The position numbers and the translations under genes were made by a program. From assembly GCA_040225955.1 (NCBI GenBank), contig JBECUL010000001.1, positions 1 to 64,000 on the forward strand: a stretch of DNA of 64,000 nt. The letters are read 5' to 3'. Of this stretch, positions 59,586 through 64,000 are shown piece after piece. Numbering within the stretch: position 1 is the stretch's first letter; each line of letters begins with the position of its first letter. This DNA is from Candidatus Asgardarchaeum abyssi (GTDB taxonomy: Archaea; Asgardarchaeota; Asgardarchaeia; Asgardarchaeales; Asgardarchaeaceae). The notes under the pieces were generated by a model that did no database searches, was not told the origin of the DNA, and saw only the letters and a list, made by a program, of their open reading frames with translations.

Positions 59586-60623
59586 TTAATTGCCATTCGT
59601 GATCTTGCATATTTCATATAATGTTTCTCGTATATATTTTGCAGCATGCTCTGGTGGTACTGGGTTTATAGCAATATTTGTGTTATACTCAAATCCAGCA
59701 TATATTGTAAGCCTTGGGAATATTCGTATGTGCATATGATACTCTTTCTCGTTCACCGTCTGCCAGATGGCATAATTGTACGGAGGGTCGTTTAAGATTT
59801 TACTAATTGCGGAAAGGATATCACGAGTTGCTATTGCCAAATCGTCTCTTTCTTCGTCTGATAATTCTAAGATATTATGAACATGTCTCTTTACAAAAAT
59901 CCATACTTCAAAGGGGGTTGTAGAGGCAAAGGGACTGAATGCAATGACATTTTCTCTTTCAAGAATAAAACGTTCTGATTTCCTTTCATGCTCAATAATC
60001 TCGTCATACTTACAACGTTTTCCGTCAAAATTTAAACGCTTAATTTCTTGGAAAAACGAAACTGGAACAATAGGTGTAGCGATTATCTGAGAATGTGGGT
60101 GAGATAGACTGGCACCAGCTTTCTTGCCGTAATTTCGAAAAATACTTACAAATTTAACAAAATCATAAGAGGTTAAATCCCTAAACCTATCACGATATGC
60201 TCTGAATACAAGTTTTACTTGATCATCAGACATGACTTGAATTTGCTCGTGATGATCTGGACTTTCGATTATTACTTCATGATCTCCAATGCCACTAATT
60301 TTAGAAACGTAATTGGAAAAAACTTCTGCTTTTTCGCTGGGCTGCAATGCTGGAAAGAGATTAGGAACAACTCTGATTATCCAATCAGAACGTCTTTTCT
60401 CACTATTTCTATCTCTATCAATAATTATCTTCTTGTCATCAACTGGTATGTAAAGCATCCTTGCTGGAGGAGTCATATTCTCATTACCCGCGCAAAACGG
60501 GCAGTTTACCGCTTTATTAATTTCTTGCACTTCTGTTTTAAAGTCGGTTGGCCTCTTTGCACGCTCTACAGCAATTATAACCCACTTATCAAGTAGGTAA
60601 TCTTTACGAATTTCATTACGCAT
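59586..60623 (-). CDS. galT: Galactose-1-phosphate uridylyltransferase family protein
   Basis: RAKRP, CPFC, VPNLFPAL, HEVIIESP, GASLSHPHSQ. Confidence 0.88.
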   Translation of the reverse strand: MRNEIRKDYLLDKWVIIAVERAKRPTDFKTEVQEINKAVNCPFCAGNENMTPPARMLYIPVDDKKIIIDRDRNSEKRRSDWIIRVVPNLFPALQPSEKAEVFSNYVSKISGIGDHEVIIESPDHHEQIQVMSDDQVKLVFRAYRDRFRDLTSYDFVKFVSIFRNYGKKAGASLSHPHSQIIATPIVPVSFFQEIKRLNFDGKRCKYDEIIEHERKSERFILERENVIAFSPFASTTPFEVWIFVKRHVHNILELSDEERDDLAIATRDILSAISKILNDPPYNYAIWQTVNEKEYHMHIRIFPRLTIYAGFEYNTNIAINPVPPEHAAKYIRETLYEICKITNGN

Positions 60624-60945
60624 TAATAATCCTCCAAAAACGCAGCATCGCTTTGATTTTGATTATTGTTTTCTCTTTATATATCTTTTTGATAACGATA
60701 TCCATGCTATTAAGATCAAGTAAGTGTTGCGCAGAACTGCTAAAACAATCCTTATATTGTTAAGTCTCTCAAATAAGAATTCATTTTAAGTCGTATGATG
60801 ATATGCATATTCTCTAAATATATATTTAAAATTACGCATTTGCATATTCAACCGTGATCCTGCAAGCAAGATATTATTTAATATATATATTATATAAAAA
60901 ATAATTAAGTACATTATAATTATTATATTAATTTGGTAAACTAAA

Positions 60946-61803
60946 GTGGGCTACATAACACATATAGGTTGGGGAGTGATTGCCTTGAGATACATTCATT
61001 TCTCATCATTAGATTATAACATCTGGAAAGCTCTGCTTAAACTTTACTTTAATGATCCAATAGAGCACGTATATTTTATGTATGATATCATTTATGCTAT
61101 AGATAAAACTGACATTTACCTGGCATTATCAAATAATGATGTGATTGGTTATCTGCTGATTTGGAAAGGTGCTGATGTTGCAGGAGTGCACATATGGGGT
61201 GATGCCGAGCCGCTTATTCGTTTTCTCCCAACAGATATCCCGATGACTATTCAAGTGTATAATGATGATTTATTTAAACTAGTTGTAAGCCATCTTAAAT
61301 TTAAAGGCGGTAAAGTTTTATCAAAGCCATATTATAATATGAGTGTTAATGAACAAAATTTCAAGCTGTATCATAGTGATAAAGCCATTAGATTATCTGA
61401 AAAGGACCTTGATGCTTTTATTGAACTTCGAAAAATTCAGATTTCAGACATTGCAAGGCGGGAAATTAATAGAAAAGAAGCTCTTGAGATTATGATCAAG
61501 TGGCGATATTATGGTTTTTACATGGATAATAAATTAGTCTCAATTGCTTGTGCTTTCGTAAGGTTAAATGAGGTGTGGATAATAGGAGGTGTTTTTACTC
61601 ACCCAGATTTTAGAGGTAGAGGCTATGCAAAAATTGTCACATCAGCCATTACACAGAATGCTTTAAATTCTGGAGCCATAGCTTTTCTTCAAGTTAGGGA
61701 AGATAATATTCCTGCTATCAGAGCCTATAAGGCCTTGGGATATAAAATTATAGGAAAAAGGAATTGGATATTCTATAACAGGCCAACTGAAATCTTGCCT
61801 TAA
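60946..61803 (+). CDS. GNAT acetyltransferase (FR47-like C-terminal domain)
   Basis: VFTHPDFRGRGYA, NIPAIRAYKALGY. Confidence 0.9.
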   Translation: MGYITHIGWGVIALRYIHFSSLDYNIWKALLKLYFNDPIEHVYFMYDIIYAIDKTDIYLALSNNDVIGYLLIWKGADVAGVHIWGDAEPLIRFLPTDIPMTIQVYNDDLFKLVVSHLKFKGGKVLSKPYYNMSVNEQNFKLYHSDKAIRLSEKDLDAFIELRKIQISDIARREINRKEALEIMIKWRYYGFYMDNKLVSIACAFVRLNEVWIIGGVFTHPDFRGRGYAKIVTSAITQNALNSGAIAFLQVREDNIPAIRAYKALGYKIIGKRNWIFYNRPTEILP

Positions 61804-61906
61804 ATTTAAACTTTCATTAATTTGTGAACGCAATGAGGGCAATCGTCGTTGTTGTAATATTAATTAGTTTACTTGCTATGTATTCATTTATAGTATGGTG
61901 TAAATT

Positions 61907-62862
61907 ATGAAGATAACATACTATTGTATATATTGCAACACGGAGCTTAGTTTAAGTCCCCTAAAAGGTCATATTGGAGCTTTATATTGCGAAAAATGCT
62001 TACGCTTTTATCCTATCAGTAAGAATATCGTTGATGTGCCAGAAATTCTTCCAGATTTCTATAGAGATCTTACAGATGATAAAAGGTGGCTTATTGATAA
62101 TCAGATAGACGTGCCGCTGCAAATTATAGAACATGAGATCAAAATGGAGCATCTTAACAAACGTATGAAGTTCATTGTTAATGCGATAAAAGACGCTATG
62201 ATACCTTATGATATATCTGGCGAAGAATATCCATCATTGTATGAAAAAGAGTATCTTAATTTTTTCTTAGCCCAAATTAAAGAGGCTTCAATGATACTAG
62301 ACCTTGCTTGTGGTAATGGGCGTCACCTTCCAGACTTATGCAAAAATGCAGATTATGTAGTTGGTTTAGACCTCTCTGTAAGTAATCTCAAGAGAGCTAA
62401 AGTAGTAGCATCGAAGTTTAACAATATTGAACTAGTTAGAAGTGATATTCTTAATTTACCTTTCAAAAGTGAGTTCTTCGATGGTATTTGGTTCTGCCAG
62501 GCATTTGAGTATGTCCCCCAGACTTTAGGAGGAAAATTTTATCTCAACTTTATAAAATTCTTAAACCAGGCGGAATTATATTCATGAGTGTTGAAACATG
62601 GCAAGATCCTAGCATTATAACTACTATGAAGGAGCTTTTCGGAGACTTAAAATATTTTTTGCTCTGGAAAGTAATTAAGAGAAAACCTTTACTGTGGGGT
62701 GAGTTTCTTTACCCTGTTCGTATAGATGATAAATTAAGTATTTGGCATTATCATGTACACACGAGCAAGCGAGCTTTGCTTAAATTATTAAGAGAATTGA
62801 ACTTTCAAATAGTTAAGTTAAAAATAGGTGATGGATATATTCACGTCATTTGTAAAAAATAA
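61907..62862 (+). CDS. Trm112-like zinc finger fused to a class I SAM methyltransferase, split by one apparent frameshift
   Basis: CIYC...LYCEKCLRFYPI...VPEILP; LDLACGNGR; adding one C to the run at 62515-62519 restores ...LKPGGIIFMSVE (about 318 aa). Confidence 0.82.
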
Positions 62863-62994
62863 TAGGATAGTTTCATGCTTTTTCTTAACTTTGTGTTAAC
62901 AAGATTGAAGTATTATATATTATAGAAAAATTATAGTAATAACATCTGAACATTTATTTAATAGGATATAGAAAAGGTATTAAAGGAGGTTTTT

Positions 62995-63180
62995 ATGCGG
63001 GTTATAGGCTTAGTTTTTAGTGCTAGGAAAAAAGGAAATTGTTATCATTGTGTTAATTATTGTTTAGAAAAATTCAAAACACGAGGATTTAAAACTCAAA
63101 TTATAAACGCTTATGACTATGAGATAAAGCCCTGTAGTCACTGTAATTACCAATGTTTCCCAGAGGAGGTTATCGGAAAG
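62995..63180 (+). pseudogene. N-terminal fragment of an iron-sulfur flavoprotein/flavodoxin-like protein
   Basis: SARKKGNC, IKPCSHCNYQC; similarity ends abruptly near 63180. Confidence 0.7.
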
Positions 63181-64000
63181 AAGATGAAACTTCTGGAATT
63201 AAAGAGGTGTTTGTGGTTTATTCAGAGAATAAAGCAGACTGGAATAATGTAACGGCTTCTCTTTCTGATTCGAAATATGTAGCGTATATTCCTGAGCAGT
63301 CTAGAGAAACTACTCTATATGTATATATTCTGGCTGTTGATAATTCGGGCAATGTCAAGTACGATGATAACAATGGAGAATACTATGTAACTTATGTGAT
63401 ATTACCGAATGTTACTTGTAAAATAATATCACCAGAGAATAATTCTATAGTTAGAGACACCGTAAGTATAGTTGTAACTTTAAGAGCGTTAGCGATTAAG
63501 AATGCATCACTATTAATAGAGAATGAGATCGCTATGGCATGGTTCTATAGCGGAAACTATAGCTACTCGTGGAACACAACAGGGCTATCTGATGGAAGAT
63601 ATAAGATTGAATTGGTTCTCTACACAATAGATGGTGAAGTTTATAGTGATACAATTACACTACTTATCGATAGACACCCTCCCATGCTAGAAGATTTAAC
63701 ATATCCGGCTGAGGTTAATGTTGGCGATAATATCATAATAAATATTACTGCGCGAGATGAAATCTCTGGAATAAAAGGAATCTACGTCCTTTATACAATT
63801 AATGATGGAATTTGGATAAACGTAACCAACAAAGATGAATTCCAAATATAATGTAACTATCGCTGCATCAGCCGAGGGAACTTTAAAATTCTACATAATT
63901 ATGAGAGATAACGCAGACAATAAAGTAGTTTATGACAAATGATGGTGCATACTATGAAATAACAATAAAAAGTAAGACTGAAGCCCAATCGGAGGAGGTA
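63180..64000 (+). pseudogene. 5'-truncated, frameshifted Ig-like repeat surface protein running off the window
   Basis: Repeated DETSGIKEV...YILAVDNSGN...DDNNGEYY and DEISGIKGI...RDNADN...DGAYY units; YSWNTTGLSDGRY; no signal peptide. Confidence 0.7.

Noticed and set aside
1-64000. CRISPR array, tRNA or rRNA genes
   Set aside because: No regularly spaced repeats or cloverleaf/rRNA-like GC-rich segments were seen by eye; a covariance search was not possible.

Overview
AT-rich archaeal chromosomal segment, judged from GGTGA-type ribosome-binding sites, cofE, TrmB, Lrp, HEPN-MNT pairs, treT and class III RNR. The lineage cannot be fixed from sequence alone; an anaerobic Asgard/TACK archaeon is my inference. 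Contents in order: (1) cofE, an MFS transporter and a membrane protein. (2) A higher-GC tnpB element with an intact RuvC triad and a decayed upstream HTH ORF. (3) A defence/TA island at about 5-15 kb: AbrB + m4C methyltransferase facing a frameshifted MjaI-family endonuclease, three HEPN-MNT pairs, a sensor-like/HD-CE fusion and a Mut7-C RNase. (4) Transporters and regulators. (5) A 1010-aa NLR-like protein: hydrophobic helix, amphipathic helical repeats, Gly/Ala hydrophobic segment, STAND-type NTPase, C-terminal FHA. This is the most unusual item. (6) AbrB-VapC, an ABC-ATPase + TOPRIM pair, a second P-loop ATPase, a 5'-truncated nrdD with nrdG, an orphan N6-adenine methyltransferase and a 139-bp MITE-like element. 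(7) Adenine deaminase, a ferredoxin-radical SAM fusion and a degenerate CofD homologue. (8) A galT / sugar ABC / treT / glycoside hydrolase cluster. Several genes are broken by single-base losses in homopolymers, probably sequencing error; other remnants show real deletion decay. No rRNA, tRNA or CRISPR array was recognised.
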